Of a stretch of 64,000 bases of DNA, positions 26,381-40,946 are shown one piece after another. Location of the stretch: contig CM119378.1 in the NCBI GenBank assembly GCA_051294905.1, positions 5,394,001-5,458,000 of the forward strand. Reading direction: 5' to 3'. Source of the stretch: Botryllus schlosseri (Eukaryota). A program made the position numbers and the translations under genes. Numbering within the stretch: position 1 is the first letter of the stretch; the number at the start of each line of letters is the position of its first letter. The notes beneath the pieces are model-generated. The model did no database searches, had not been told where the DNA came from, and worked only from the letters and a program-made list of their open reading frames with translations.

Positions 26381-27260
26381 AAATGTGGAGTCTGTTCATT
26401 GTTCATAGGCCATATTATAACCCTCCGACTATGGTGTTGTGGTTTAACTCTATTTCTAGTTATCACTAGCAACAAGTCGGTCACATTGACACCCTATTCG
26501 AGAAGACCCAAAGCACACATCGAGTTCAGATTTTTATGGAAAAATGGAACGATAACTAGTAGTTATTCGCAGAAGCAAATGCGCCAATGCGGAACCGTTC
26601 TATGCAATTTGCATGGAGAATATATTAGTTACACAAAACTATTCCGATATCTGTGTTCGCACTGCTGTGTCACTTCCAACTCAACTCCAAAGGTCCCCGG
26701 AATCCGGAGAAACTCGAATCGCGTTTAATAATAACGAACCAAATTCGGACGTCCGAGTTTACAGTTGAATATCTTGTATTCCTCACAACGCACCGACATG
26801 ACTCACGCCAGATTACGGCTAAAACAAATGCAGCATAGAAATATGCCGACTTATATCTTCGTTACCGCCAATGTTTTACCGGTTCATAAATGTAGTCAAC
26901 CGGCCCATCCTCGTATTTTAACCGATTTCGTTGTTCGCGAATAAAACCCATATGGTCCGTGATACGATGTTTGTTTGTATATGCTTGATGATAAAGTATT
27001 CAATTGAAAAGCAGGGGCATGAGATAACGTTTTCGAATCAGTTCACTGGTTATCATCAAGGATGAGCCTGTCTTTCACTCGAATGTTAGTAGGTAACTCG
27101 CCCCTGTGCAAGTTCTGAGAATTACCGCACTACATGAATAGTAAACATTCAATAAAATACATTGAATGTGTATACGTATGGCCTACTACTGTTTTTAGTA
27201 GACCATGGTATACGGGACTCGAAACGTCGGATTCAACTATGCGGTATGCAACCCTAACCC

Positions 27261-27827
27261 TACGGTTGCATTTAAAACAAAAACCAATTTAAAACAAACA
27301 TGTTTAAAACATAGCCCTCGTTTAAAACATGTTTTTTTATTGCATTCATTGTTTTTTTAGACGTGACGGCACGGATCTTTAATTGTGACGTCGCAGTGGA
27401 TTGACATTGACAATTGAAAATATAGGGCAAATATGACTTCTTAGACGAAAAGGGCTTCAGACCACTGTCATAAACAAACCAAAAATATCTTTAATCAAGA
27501 CTACCGATTTTGCCGCATCACAGCCGGCGGTCATCATCATCACAACACCCATTCCGTGCCTAATCTATATCTACTTGCTATAACTGTCGAACCAACGGCA
27601 ATTCCGAGGGTTCCATTCACTCCATATCGTATACGTCGACGTCCAAATCGTCCGTAAGTTCGTACTACTCGTGTTTCGAAAGTATCTACTCAGTTATGGC
27701 ATAATTACAGAACGTTTGAAAAAAAAACATATTTTGAATTTTTCTAAAAGGCATTTTGTTCAAACACTGTTTAAAAATGTGTTAAATAAAGTGTTTTAAA
27801 GCACTGTTTGTTTTAAATACAACCCTA
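27261..27827. mobile_element. TIR element with TTTAAAACA subterminal repeats; contains a relic hAT end
   Basis: TACGGTTGCATTTAAAACAAA / TTTGTTTTAAATACAACCCTA; no TSD recognised. A similar right end is at ~18150-18205. Confidence 0.55.
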
Positions 27828-29075
27828 TACCCAGCCATGTTTTGTAAAAGACCTATTGGGAAACGTTCATAGAAGTTATAATACTTTGATTGCCGTACTG
27901 CAAAAAATCATTGACATGAAAAGCAATTATAAAAAGTATATATAATCATATTATTGATAACATTTGAATGTATGGCTTACATCAGTCATCCACTTTTGAA
28001 GCAATACACCGTATCTATTTATATAGAGGCCTACGTGTGCGTCGTCAAGTAACGAAAATCCTCGAGGTCACAAATGATAATGGACGCTCCTGACGTATAC
28101 GTGGAATCTCGGTCTCAACTCAACTTCTGCTGACGTTTTCCTGCAATCGCGTCGCAATTCGCGACTGTTGAAATGATTTCAGTTGCGACTTGCGTTAAAG
28201 GTCACTCATAGTACATGGGTAATGGTTTGAGGCTTCAGACAATCCCATTCTCCAACGCTTATGCTGTTTCACGCATGGCACGATCGAACAGGTATCGTCC
28301 GTGGACGTGCGGTTTGGGAAAGTTATTAGTCAGAGCCGTATTGCCAATTGCTTGAAGTTTGTTGCCATGGAATTGGGCGCGGCGCTGATATCTATCGGGT
28401 ATTTGGGAAGTACGAGGCGACACATTGGTTCATTTTTGGTGTAGATGGCTTTTGCGTGCACATTACGTCAGCGTGTTTTGTTGTGTCATATATAAGGTCA
28501 CGTCCTCCGTGATGTGATATCCATAACTGATTGCTAACGTCGTAAGGTTGCCATTTTTGTACTGTTGGAGTGTCTTTAGACATGTTAACGCGATCTGGAA
28601 ACATTTTATTTAACAAGGACCACAGACCTTCGACGACTGCACACTGCACAGTGTGCAATGCTTACTGGTACAGTGAATGACGCTCTTTATCCAAAAAACT
28701 AAACCCCTCTCAAGAAGTCCATATGATAGAACCTGTCTTGACCTAAATCCTAACCATGAATAGTCTGCACAAAAACTTCATTCCCTATGAATAAATACGC
28801 TTGAATAAGGTAGCACGAATGGCTTGAAGCCCGACATTTGAGCACGCGACACAATGAAAAACGACTGTTAAGTATCCGACACTTTAGCATGCGACGTTCG
28901 AGCATGTGACTTTATAACCTCGATACTAACCCCAATCATAACACCCAATTTAACCTTTACCCAAACTTTAACCCACATGTCCAAGTGTTGATTACCCCAG
29001 TGTCGCCCGCTGAAATGACACAAGCTGTTGTTTTGCATGGGCCATCGCGAAGATGTCACCTCTTTTGGCGCGTAT

Positions 29076-29225
29076 TTTGGTGATACGATTGATGGTATAC
29101 GGTGTTATTACCGATTCTCTACTAGTTGCTGGCCCCTGACGAAAATATTCGGGCTTATGTCAATATGAATATATTGATCAATAAAATATTGAAGTTCAAT
29201 ACCTCCAAGAAGCGCCGCATAGTGA
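29076..29225 (+). repeat. Repeat family A copy with internal deletion
   Basis: ttttggtgatacgattg...ctctactagttgctggcccctgacgaaaatattcggg...tacctccaagaag. Confidence 0.8.
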
Positions 29226-31964
29226 GTCAAACAAATTTATTTCATGGGAGCAGTCATTCATTCACATCCAATTCTCCGGATCTGTGCGCACGCCAATCCA
29301 CTGATCCTGCCGTGGGATAGAAGCAATTTATGTGTAGTTATTACTTATGTATCGCAAATGCAATGCAGCTTAAGAGCGAGACATGCGTCCGCAATGTTGC
29401 GTTTATTTGACAGGGGACACTGTGTTGTGGTGACTCCTATATAAGCAATATCGGATTTACCGATTCCCCGAGGACTCTCTTTTCCCGACGGACCCTTATA
29501 TACGGATGAACCCGACTACAGCTTATTATAGACCAATCAATTTGGGGAATTAGTTGTTTCATGCGGGAAGTTCAATCCATTCATATGCGTCCGTTTGTCG
29601 TTTCCCTAGCGCGAACTGTACGGCCAATGTTATTTGTGATACTAGGAAAGAAGTCCATTTATTTTACGACGTATATCACCAAGCCTCAATAAATCCTAGA
29701 CCAGAAGAGTTAGCCGGCGTACCAAGAACATATTGCACATGCAGATGGTTATCATCTGTAAGTCGGCAAGAGTTGTAGATAAGGAAATTGTGTATTCGGT
29801 TATGAGCTCACCTTCTGTCAACCAGCGAGGTATTCTAGATTTATCAATATGATACGCAAATATTGTCGATTTCATTTATAAGGTGATGGATTCGCCAATC
29901 ACGTCTGGTTGAGCATGCGGAATGACGTCTTTATGCGTTTCTCAAACATCAATCATGGATTGACTATGTAGAATATTTCAGCTACACTGTGCAAAGTAAC
30001 GCATTCGTGCGTTATTTCTTAATGGCGGTAATGCTACTTGTCACAAATCGTGATGTTACTCGCCCGTTCACAAAAATTCTGAGCTGGAGACTGGTAATTT
30101 TGGCACTACGCGCGTAGGATGTAGACACGGTCTGGTGATTTGTGACTCGTCAGACCACGGTATGCAATACAGTATATTACTCTTGTAGACTATGTACTGT
30201 ACTATGCAAGGTTGAATGCACTGACATGTTGATTCTAAAATCAATACTGAGGTAACTAAAGTCACTCCATTTATTCGAGAATACCTCCCACTGCACAACA
30301 TCCTCATATTGTCAATCGCATCGCATATTTTCCAAATCCGATGCATTTGCATACAATTGCAACACCTATTACATAGATGTCAGGTCGTATGATATAACCT
30401 GTCATTATGATTTAGCGCGTGGATATGATCGATATTCTACCGGGTCGAGGATCAGGCAAACTCAATACGCGACCTTCGCCAAGGCGCGTTCTTGGCGCGT
30501 ATTGACGTTTGCAAATATTTCGTGTCATTAAAATGTCGTGATCAATCAACAAGAAGTGGATTTTGTAAGGTGCGTCGGTGGCGTGTCTTATACATATTTC
30601 ATGGAGGTGTTTTGATTTTGACGCTGTATTTCACGAGTGAAGGTTTAATGTTTGCTTTATTGACAAGGGCGTATTTTTGTCAGATATCAACATGCCATGC
30701 ATATCGTAATCTTTATTTGATACCGTACTGTAGTTTTGGGAATTACCTCCACAATACGAGAACATTATCACGCCTTCCCTCTATAATTTAGTTGAAGTTT
30801 CTCAGATAGTTGCTGGTACCTTCCGGGACAATGCGTTGACTAACTTACCGGAAAACACTGACTGAATGCATGAGCGGACAATATTCTCAGTATCATCCGA
30901 TTATAGTAACATTACCTAACGAAAAAGTTTCACGATGGACTTAACTTTTTCTCCAATCAGCGGGCTGTTCTTTGCGAGACTTAATCTGTTCATAGATTCT
31001 CAAATAAGCTTTTTATTAAGTTCGTTAAGGGATGGTGATGATCTAAGGCCAACCGTGCGTGGTTGGGTCAAAAGTTTTTACTTACGTTAGCGCCCACCAA
31101 AATTACGCGTCTGCATATTATGCATAAATAAAGATGCTATAATTAAATGATTTGATCATCAGTTCACTTTGCTCGTTTCAGTTCTGTATTACGCCTACAG
31201 AACTTCGCTGAGATTCGGCATTTCATGAAAACGTGAAGCCTTTGATGGCTCCGGGATTTATTTGTTTTGTATTGTAATACTTTGTAGCATGGCCACTATC
31301 CATGACGTTGCTTGTACGTCTCTAGCTTAACAAAGTAATCCATATGCTATATTAATCGAAATCGCTCACGAACGTTATGGCTATATTTTCTCGACGTTTT
31401 GCCATCTCCAAATTCCGAATGTTATACAATCATCTCCACTGAAGTTTAGGAGTTCAATACTGAACGACATGAAATATTTGACAAAATAATCACTGAAATA
31501 TGTATTTTATAAACCATGTCAGCTCACGAGAACATTCGATGATATGGAGAATAGTCCGGGTGCTTATAGATCCTTTGCGCGAAGAAAATGTTGTTCTCCA
31601 TAGTATGCATCTTGGATTGAGAACCCATGAATTATTAACCCGGATACACGGCGCACACCGTACAACATGCGTTAATAACGTATGGCTTAAATTATGTCAG
31701 CTGATCATTCCAGCGCACGCTTATCAAAAAGTGAAACCAGACTGAATTCACAGACTGAAACCTTTAACGACAAATCATGTTTTATAAATTGCGTATATTC
31801 AGAGAAATCAACCGCGTACGTGCATACGTAGTGAAACCAATAAAAGCTCAATTGGCGGTTTTGAGGCAGATATTGATGACATGTAATGTACTTCTAGCAT
31901 TAGGGGGTGTTACGCAATGCCGACTTACTGTTTCCTTGTGGTGAATATGATATTGCGCTATAAC

Positions 31965-32120
31965 TTTGTGATACGATTGTTGACATACATTGTTCTTTCC
32001 GATCTACTAGTTGCTGACAATTACCCCTGACGAGTGTCACCCGGAAATATTCGGGTTCATGTGAAGATTACTATACCATTCAGTTGTATATTGAAGTTTT
32101 GTACCTCCAAGAAGTTTTTT
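31965..32120 (+). repeat. Repeat family A copy
   Basis: ctagttgctgacaattacccctgacgagtgtcacccggaaatattcggg...gtacctccaagaag. Confidence 0.85.
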
Positions 32121-32588
32121 TGTACCTTCAAGTTAGAAACTACTGTACTGCAACGCCACGCACCTTTTGCACCGACGGAACTATCCATCGAAGGCCCAAA
32201 ATTGATCTTTGTAGATATTGGCGCGTTACTCAATCATAATTCTTGGGCGTTCGAACCTTCGTCCCCTTGGTCGTAGAACTGTTCCTAAAACGGATCTTAA
32301 GAAAGCATGCGAGTGATCGATGCACACGTGAATAATCCGACATATGTTCAGTTGTTCATGCGTCCCGGCGTAATACAGCAGCACCATATAGGGTGGCTGT
32401 TTTTTTCCTGGCATTGACGAGACGATCTCGGTTATTTGTAACTAGTGATTCCTCGAAAATTGTCATCGCTTCGTTCGCGTTGAGCACGCCGGATCGGTTG
32501 CTGATTCTGATTTCGCACGAGACGAAATTATTTTTAGAGTCAGCGTCTGCTGAAGTTATTTCGACTTTTAGCAGACATATATGTCATA

Positions 32589-32975
32589 CAAACTTGGATA
32601 ACTAGATAATCCTGGCTGTCTAATTAGTCCAAGTTGTGAAATGTTTTTATGCTCTAATTGTAAGTCTATAATTTAATTTCTGACATTCCTGGAAATACTA
32701 CAGGAGAACTGGGTATAGTGCAAAACTAGCTAGGCTTGGATTACAGACATTTGCGATTCTCGTGCTTATGACAATGGACTATTGATTTGATATGAACTGA
32801 AGTCGATTTTGGTTGCATTTCTGTCTAATTTGGAATAGAATACAATAATGATACAATTTGATACAACGAATTCAGCAATTCTAATTCTAATCTAATGTAA
32901 AAAACAAAACTGTGGATATCCTGTTAACTATAATCTAATTTTGTAAAGCTGAAAATATCCAGTTCTTCAACTCTG
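32589..32975 (-). mobile_element. MITE family B copy
   Basis: Both degenerate TIRs and shared internal blocks (gtgaaatgttt.tatgctctaat; ttctcgtgcttatga). Confidence 0.75.
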
Positions 32976-33967
32976 CTTAATTAATTATTTAATTAATTAA
33001 TTATTAATTATCTAGTCGGTTAGCAACTGTACAGTCGTGACGCAAAAGACCACAGTTGTTATACGCGTCACTCAAATTGTCTTTAAATAAAGGAAATAAT
33101 GATAATAAACTGTGTTACCGGTACTGAAATTTTGAAAATTTACTCCAATCTCGCCATTTTCCTTTGGGGGCAGGTTGCACCCCGGATTATGTGTGTATTT
33201 ACCAGTTTTACTGTGAATAAAGAATATAATTCTGCTTATGAGGCTAATGAGATCGAAAAATTTTATTCCGAAATCTATATTCTTACGTCCGTAGACTCCA
33301 TGTCAATTTGATCTCAACGTATTATCATTTGTGGCTGCATCTACCAGAATCATGATTCTGCACCTCACCCATTGATAAACGTATGGATATGATCTCTCAC
33401 ACGAATCATTCATGGTTCGGGACTTTCCGGAACATCCCGACAGTTTCCACGGTCCATCAGAGACCCCATACTCCATAAGACATCGACGCATCACTATATT
33501 TGAAGACATCATCAATCACCTGCCAATAACGCACCGAGAAAGCATGCAGTGATTTATTGAAAAATCATATGCCATAAAGTAGGCGTGGTATCAGTTACAA
33601 AGTTTCCGTTTCTCCGGATGTCGCGACGTCATATTAACCTGTGATGTCATGCTAAACAATTGCTATCCCTCGCCGTAGTGTCAATAATTTTTATATTCCT
33701 CATTTGGACTATTCCATTTGACGCCTTTCTTGGAATTACGCGAATTTTTTTCCGTATACTCTGGGGTGTTTGGCAACGAGATGAGAATTTACGCAGTAGC
33801 GTGAATATGGTCTAATGGGACTTGATGTAATCGCGCTTGCTTTTCGACATCCGTTTGAGTCATCGTTGAAATTTTCGTATCCTGATGCATTGTATATCGA
33901 TATATCATATATCATACTTGTGTTATGTTACGGTTGGTACACTTACGAAGTCATAGCTTGTAGAATA

Positions 33968-34232
33968 TATATGCAGTAGTACACACACAATGTACACGAG
34001 ATTAATTTACCACGCTTCTGTTCACCAAGATTTGGACTATCTAAACATAAATTTGCCGTAGAGATATATATCCAGGGATGTCTAGTTCTAGTCCTAGCTT
34101 AATTATATGCTGTAGTGCGCACTGCTCACACAATGTACACAAGATTCATTTACCACGTTGCTGTTAACCAAGATTTGAACCATCTTGAATAAGTTTAACG
34201 TAGAGATATACCCAGGGATATGTAGCCCTAAA
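33968..34232. repeat. Tandem duplication, unit ~143 bp, 2 copies
   Basis: cacaatgtacac.agatt.atttaccacg...accaagattt...gtagagatata..cagggat repeated. Confidence 0.85.
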
Positions 34233-34277
34233 TATCCATGGATATATCATTCGGTCATATTTTAGTATGGTAAATTT

Positions 34278-34370
34278 GAAGTTTTGGTACAGACCTTCAG
34301 TATACAATTCAATAGTATATTCAAATTGAAATAAACCCCAATATTTTCGGCTGACTTCGGCAAAGGGTTG
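34278..34370 (-). repeat. Repeat family A, partial copy
   Basis: gtatacaattcaatagtatattc...gaaataaaccccaatattttcggctgac. Confidence 0.75.
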
Positions 34371-35906
34371 GTTCTAGTCACGCTCAACAATAGCTTTCAA
34401 TGACTGTGTGTTAACATTGATGCTACTGACCACATGCAAAACCAGGCATACCCTATCATCGTTGGCTAATATTGACGGCGTTTACAGTACACCTTAAACA
34501 TTTGTCTCCCGGGAGTCCCCCGTTCGATAATTATTTTCCAAAACATATTTACAATGCGACGAGGTATAGTTTCCCGTCATAAATCTGCCATATTATCGAA
34601 CGTAATCGGCCCGTATGTATTCGAAATATGCAAATTCGCGACGGTGGCAATCTACACGCAGAGACGTCGAATTTATGACATTCGTCCAGTGGATTGTGTG
34701 TATTTATAGCAGACTCAATTAGTCAGCATTTCCGTTGTTCATTTTAGTTACGATTTTGTAGTTGTGAAGTTGAAGGATTGATTGCATTCATTCGTTTCAA
34801 TGATAATTCCACCAGTTCAAAAAGCCTCGATGCTGCGATACCGTTTACGAACGTGACAGCGTATTCGAACTACTGAAATATTTGATTTCTGTGAATTGAC
34901 ACCATATCAGACTTCCATCAATAGAATGAGGATGTCGGCGATTTGATTTAATGGCGTACCAACTCCCGGCCACTATACAAATGGTAGATAGATAATTTTA
35001 GCAGAAATAGATTTTATAACATACCGATAATCACATCATCAACATATTTCGTCAACAGAATGGTCGCTTACACCGTGCTTCACACATTCATACTGTATAT
35101 GGACTGGACATAGTATTTTATTGTGGAAGTTTGTCAAGTAGCTTGCAATTCCTCCACGACGTTAGTGTTGTACGCCGTACTGTCCATACATTACAACATA
35201 TTCCACGTTGATTACCGAATGAATACGGAAGCGCACATATCACTGAAATTTGACTATCGATTATTTTGTGTGGCTTTCCCTTCCGATTGTGAATCACCGA
35301 TTTGAATCTAAATTTGGATACGCACGCTACCTTGTGTTTGCGCAAAGAAGCGCCCCTACGTGACAATCTATTCACACTATAGCTCCATCTCTTGAGAATG
35401 AGTCACTGGACACTGTACACACTCGAATTGTTGACAATATCGGATCTAGGAGAAGTCTTCACAGATATTCAAGCATCGTTTTAAAGGGTGAAGCACTTTG
35501 AAAACGGTGCTGAAATCCGTGGCCGGAGAAGAATACGAATTAGTCATTAATTTTCCCCGTCGCTGATTACTTCATGATTACCTTTTACGGTGCATTATTC
35601 GAATGCATTCCCAATGTCCATTTATAGATTTTCTGTATTCCATACGGTATATAGGAGTCACGTGGGCGTCCTGTGCAACATGCTTAGCATGTGACCTATA
35701 TAGACGAAATTAGCGTGAAGCGTGAAGAATGAAGATATACATAATCACAAAGAATTTACTGCATACTGCAAGTTATCTTTATGTATCCCTTATCTCGATT
35801 AGTAAAATGCGGGATTAGGTACATCTCCATTCCGTGGTAGGTAGAGGGCTGTTGTTTTATAAATCCATGCGTTTTGGGGTGCCACACGTCATGTTCTATG
35901 CATTGT

Positions 35907-36368
35907 TAGAGTATATGACAACTGGAAAATGTTGCGCTTTTCCAAATTAGATTAATATTAAGCTTTCAATACAACATCCATTGCAGTAGAACATTTAATG
36001 AAACTCAAAGACTTTCGGGTGTCTCTTGTCAGGAGTTAGAATTGGAATTATGGCAACGCAGTTTTTCCAAATTAAAGTAGAATTCACAAAAACTTGGAAA
36101 TTCTCTGAAATTCCGATTTAGAATGAAACACAACAAAAACCGACTTCAGCTCATACCACATCAGAGTTCAATCTCATAAGCATGTAAATGGTAAATGTAT
36201 GTACACTATATGCTTGGTTCGTTTCCCACTATATACAGTTCTCCCGTATTGTTTTCAGGAAAACCATTATTTAGATTCGAAAAGTAGAGCATAGAAACAT
36301 TTCACAAATCATTAGGCTCTAATTATCGTCTAATTGGACAACGATTATTATCTATTTGTCCAAGTCTA
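35907..36368 (+). mobile_element. MITE family B copy
   Basis: Shared internal blocks (tctcataagcatg; agagcatagaaacatttcacaaat) and right TIR ttgtccaagtct. Confidence 0.75.
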
Positions 36369-36939
36369 GTTTTGTAACGGGCATTAAATCGAATGATAGT
36401 GGATACGTGGTGTCATAGACGCGTCTCCATGACGTAGCGACCGTTGGAACCATTTTTCACATTTCGTTACGTTCGTAATGGGGACAGGTTACATCACTTG
36501 GAATTACACCACGTGACGACATAATCTCGTGAAATTGCATGTTTTCGTCAACCGTGGTCACTTTCGATTTCAATTTCGAGAAGCGAAATTGAATACACCT
36601 CAAGTGTTATCGAGTATAGGTGTAAATATGATGTAGAAATCAGTATGCCAAAACTGAATCAACTACTCGCTAGACTTGATTTTAAATTTGAATGGCGTGG
36701 ACACGTACCACTGGTACTTTACCAAGACTGTTTCATCTGGATATATGGTAGAAATTAATTTAAAAGAATATGAATATTGAATGTCCGTGTTTCAACATCG
36801 CAGTCATGCAGTCGTGGGTATTCAATGCTCATACTCACTGGAGTCAATGCTCTTCTCATCCAAAACTCCTAATCCTACCCTACCCTATAACCCAAATACA
36901 TTAATACATACACGCCGAGTATATCTAATACACCAAGTG

Positions 36940-37240
36940 CGTATATCACAATTCACGTTCATATTCAGTGAAACATTCAATTAATTAGTACATTCGTATT
37001 GAAATAAACCCGAATATATTCGGCTAACTCTTGTCAGTGGTAATTGTCAGCAACTGCAATTAGTAGAGAATTGAAAAGAACATTTTATCAACGACAGTCG
37101 TCATGTTTGGTGATAAGATTGCTGATGTACAAAATACAATGTTCTTTCCGATTCTCTACTAGTTGCTCACGGTTACCCCTGACGAGTGTCAGCCGGAAAT
37201 ATTCGGGTTTGATTCAGTATGAATATACTATTCAATGATG
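36940..37240. repeat. Repeat family A head-to-head pair
   Basis: Minus copy to ~37105, plus copy from ~37107 (tttggtgataagattg). Confidence 0.85.
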
Positions 37241-37326
37241 ATAGCAGTCATCACGTTTCTAATGTCAAACTCACGAAGTACGGAATTCACTGGTAGCCAT
37301 CAAAACTCTCCGCATACTACGTATAG

Positions 37327-38158
37327 CAGTGGTCGGGAACATATGGCTCGCGAGCCATATATGGCTCTTTTGGGTATAAGATATGGCTCTTTGTCATATT
37401 TTTAATTCTGTACTAGTAAATTTTCTTAGCGGCCAGTATAGTTGCTCTCGTGGCAGCATAAACATGTATCGGAGAGGTCAAGACAGTGGCGTATCCAGGG
37501 TTACGGGCTCGTACCCATTTATAAAATCCTCAAATATAAGTTGCTGTAGCGACAGCGATCAATATCCATCGCGTATTCGATGTACCCGGCATCGCGCGCT
37601 GCGTTATCTTGGAGTACACCATATGTTGGTTGATCAAAGAGAATAGCAGACATGGGGACGCATAAATGACAATCTAGTTTTGAAATACGCATTGTCTTCC
37701 TAATCTAAGCCGAGATATGAACTGCATTGGAAGTGACATTCCAATTACAAATCCAAATTACAAGCAACGCTTCGCTATCCATCGTCTTCATTGATAAGTA
37801 GCTTTCTAGTATTGCCATTAAAACGTAGGCGTGTAGTGCAACGTTTATGTTACCGCCGTATTTGGATTTTCGAAATGAGTGCTACAGTTATATTACATTG
37901 TTATCAATTATTATAAATTCTGAGTTATTAGCAATGAATTTCGCTATAACACGATGATTAGTAGCATACCAGTTTTTACAGAGAAAATATGGCGCCCACG
38001 ACGAATCCCATGTAGGTAGTTTGAATTTGTACTACAATGACGTCACTAATTTCAATTGTGACGTAACAATTGATGAATAGGTATGGCTCTTTGGGAGGTA
38101 AAATGGAAAAATATAGGGCTAACATGGCTCTTCAGACGAAAAAGGTTCCCGACCACTG
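37327..38158. mobile_element. Non-autonomous hAT element, 832 bp
   Basis: Perfect 14-bp TIR CAGTGGTCGGGAAC; subterminal ATATGGCTC repeats; exact TSD ACGTATAG (37319-37326, 38159-38166). A relic right end is at ~27380-27470. Confidence 0.9.
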
Positions 38159-38535
38159 ACGTATAGGAATATTCATCATGTCTTGCTCATCGTTGTATTC
38201 GCCAAACCCTTGCAGTTCTGATATATGAGAACGTTTGTGTTGAATATCTAAGAGCTATATTTGAAGTCAATGGCGTCGACAACGCTACTCCGAGGAGACT
38301 AAGAAATGCGTCGCTGCAGCAACAAAATTAATGATACCGCCATTTCCTAATGTGCTCCGCGAATGAGACGCGTCGAAATCAAAAATAGCTTACGCGTATT
38401 GCATTTTATATTATGTAAGTCTCGCTGAAGTGAGAATACGCAGCGCAGTCAGTGGACTGACCCTGACATGTATCACCGTGATTGCCGTGTGTTGTGTGCG
38501 AAACGGCTTCAATCCGATGCATGCTGCGTCACGGG

Positions 38536-38884
38536 CAGATTAGGACAACTAGGAAATTTGCATATTTTCTAAATTGGAGGGGAATTAGAATTATAGCTGT
38601 ACAGTTATTTTCCCGGATAACATTAGAATTGAATTCCGAATTATAAAGAATTGCAACAAAATTCAAGTTCAGTTCATGCCAAATTAGGGTTCGTTTTGAT
38701 AAGCATGAGAACGGCAAAGCTCTGCACACCAAGATTGGCTCGTTTCACACTATACATATCCTGTCGCATTTTCGGGAACATAGAACATAGAAACATTTCA
38801 CAAATTAGATTATAATCTAATTAATGGCATTTCGCTCTGATCTACATAATTAGATAACTAGAATTATCTAGTTGTCCAAGTTTT
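38536..38884 (+). mobile_element. MITE family B copy
   Basis: Both TIRs; degenerate TSD GTCACGGG/CTCACGCG (6/8). Confidence 0.78.
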
Positions 38885-40859
38885 CTCACGCGGGAGGATA
38901 TGCGTAGGCGCTCACATAGCTTTCGTCAAAATGTCATGTCCTTTGAGACAAATAGTTCAATTCAATGTCATCCCTGTGGAGAGGAAATTGTCAAGCTTGT
39001 AATATATATTATTGTGTATAACTTTCCGTCGGGATATGCGTTGGTTTATAGTGAATATAACGGACTATAGCTATGTTGAAAGTGAATTGGATAATGGATA
39101 TGCTGCCACCCTTTTAAGGTTTTGGATACGAACAACAAACATGAATTCAAGCACAGGTTCCGAACCTAAAGCCTTACCCATAATCCTCAATTGTTAAGAT
39201 ATCGCTGATCTTCAGTTTAAAACAACGCTGAAGGCCTATATATACCTAGAAAGTTCAAGCACGCTGGACGTTGGTGCCAGAGGTGGTCGGCGTAATCATA
39301 GTTGCCACTCCAGTGAAAGTTTTCAAGTGTTAGCTACATAGTCGATTTTCGCTCAAATATACAAGTACTGGTAGCGAATTCCAAGTAAGTAAAAGTATGT
39401 AGTCCTGTCCTGATTTTGCCTAGCAAAACAAAACTGTTGATTGAGAAAGTAATCTAATATCCTAACTCATAACCACTTACGTAAATAGTGCAAGTATGCA
39501 ATACTTACTTGAGTTCTTCGAAAAAGTAGAAGTACTTCGTTATTGACCACTTCTAAATGGTGTACAGTACACACGTGCCAAATTGGTTTACTGGAGGTAT
39601 CATCATTTCACGTTGAATCCATGTTACAACACTGACGTGAAGTCACTAAATCATTGGCTGTGTAATCGCGACCTACTGTGTAGCGTGTAGTTTGTTTCAG
39701 ATTCGGTATACACGCGAAGAAACTCTCAATCCATTACATGGTCTCTTCGACACGCCTGTATCGTTGCATGGATATCAGCCTGTTTGTAGACGGCGCAATA
39801 TCATATCGCCATGATTGCACAATGTTTGATCTTTCCTCATCTGATTAGGGTTTGTAGTCTGGCGATCGATCCTGGCTTTGCTTTTTATAGCCTTATTCTG
39901 TTGCGGATTAAGTTTATGAAGCTCACGTCGCGTCCAATGGTATCGATAAGTACACACGGGCAACATAGCGAGGATACTACAGGATTCTTGCGAAATTGTT
40001 GTATTGACGGCTTTTTATTTACCATGTACTGTGTCGTGATTAGTCCACGAGTCGAGTATGCGAGTGTTGCTCATGATGAGCATCAGTATAGAGGATTTCG
40101 AAAGTTCAAATCTGTACCTTTTATGCGACCACAAAGAATATTGTCCCAGTGCTACATCACATTAAAGTTAATTTAGTATTGCTTCGACCCTTCTACCATA
40201 TTTCATTGCACTTTGTGACAATGCTGTATGGGTTGATCACGACTTCATAGACATATGTCCACAAACGTGCGTACTTCGTAGCTATGCACTAAAATCATGT
40301 TTCGTTCAAGGCTTACATCAGGGGGCGCCAGCTCAAATCTGGTCGTGGGCCAATTGTCAAATTTCGTAGATGCTGCGGTCCGCATGAATTCAATATTGAG
40401 ATAAAGAAGACACGCACACACTTTAACAACCACGCTTCTAAGACTTTACCTCAGTACAACGCGTCGCTCTTTAACATCGGGGGGGGGGGAGATGGTTACC
40501 ATAAAATAAATAATATTTCAATGAAGAAATAGAGATACAACAAAAATATCATTACCATCACTTTTATTCTATTTTGAACTATGAGCTGCGCACGATGTCC
40601 GTCAACACGATATTGCAGGGTTAGTTCGACACGTACTTGTCGGAAAACTATCTTCTCATAAAGCTTGATCTGTGGGGAAGCCCCGAGTCGTTTTCCATCG
40701 GCTAATTCTTCCTCCATTGAATGCTATACCATCGCCGAAGCCGTATCAGTTATTGAGGAATATTGTTGTTGGACACAGGACAATAGCTTATCTTGAACAA
40801 CAACAATACTTTAAAACTGCAATCAATTTCAGCATTTGAAAGGCTTTTAGCAAGCGATC

Positions 40860-40946
40860 CTCCAAAATTTCAAACCAGGTCGCGGGCCGCAGAATATGAC
40901 CTCGCGGACCGCATGCGGCCCGCCGGAGACGTGTTGGTGAACCCTG
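40860..40946 (+). mobile_element. Orphan hAT right-end fragment
   Basis: CGCGGGCCGC/TGCGGCCCGC motifs ending GAACCCTG. Confidence 0.45.

Noticed and set aside
28900-28990. TAACCC-like repeats as interstitial telomere
   Set aside because: Too short and degenerate; more like a subterminal tract of a small transposon.
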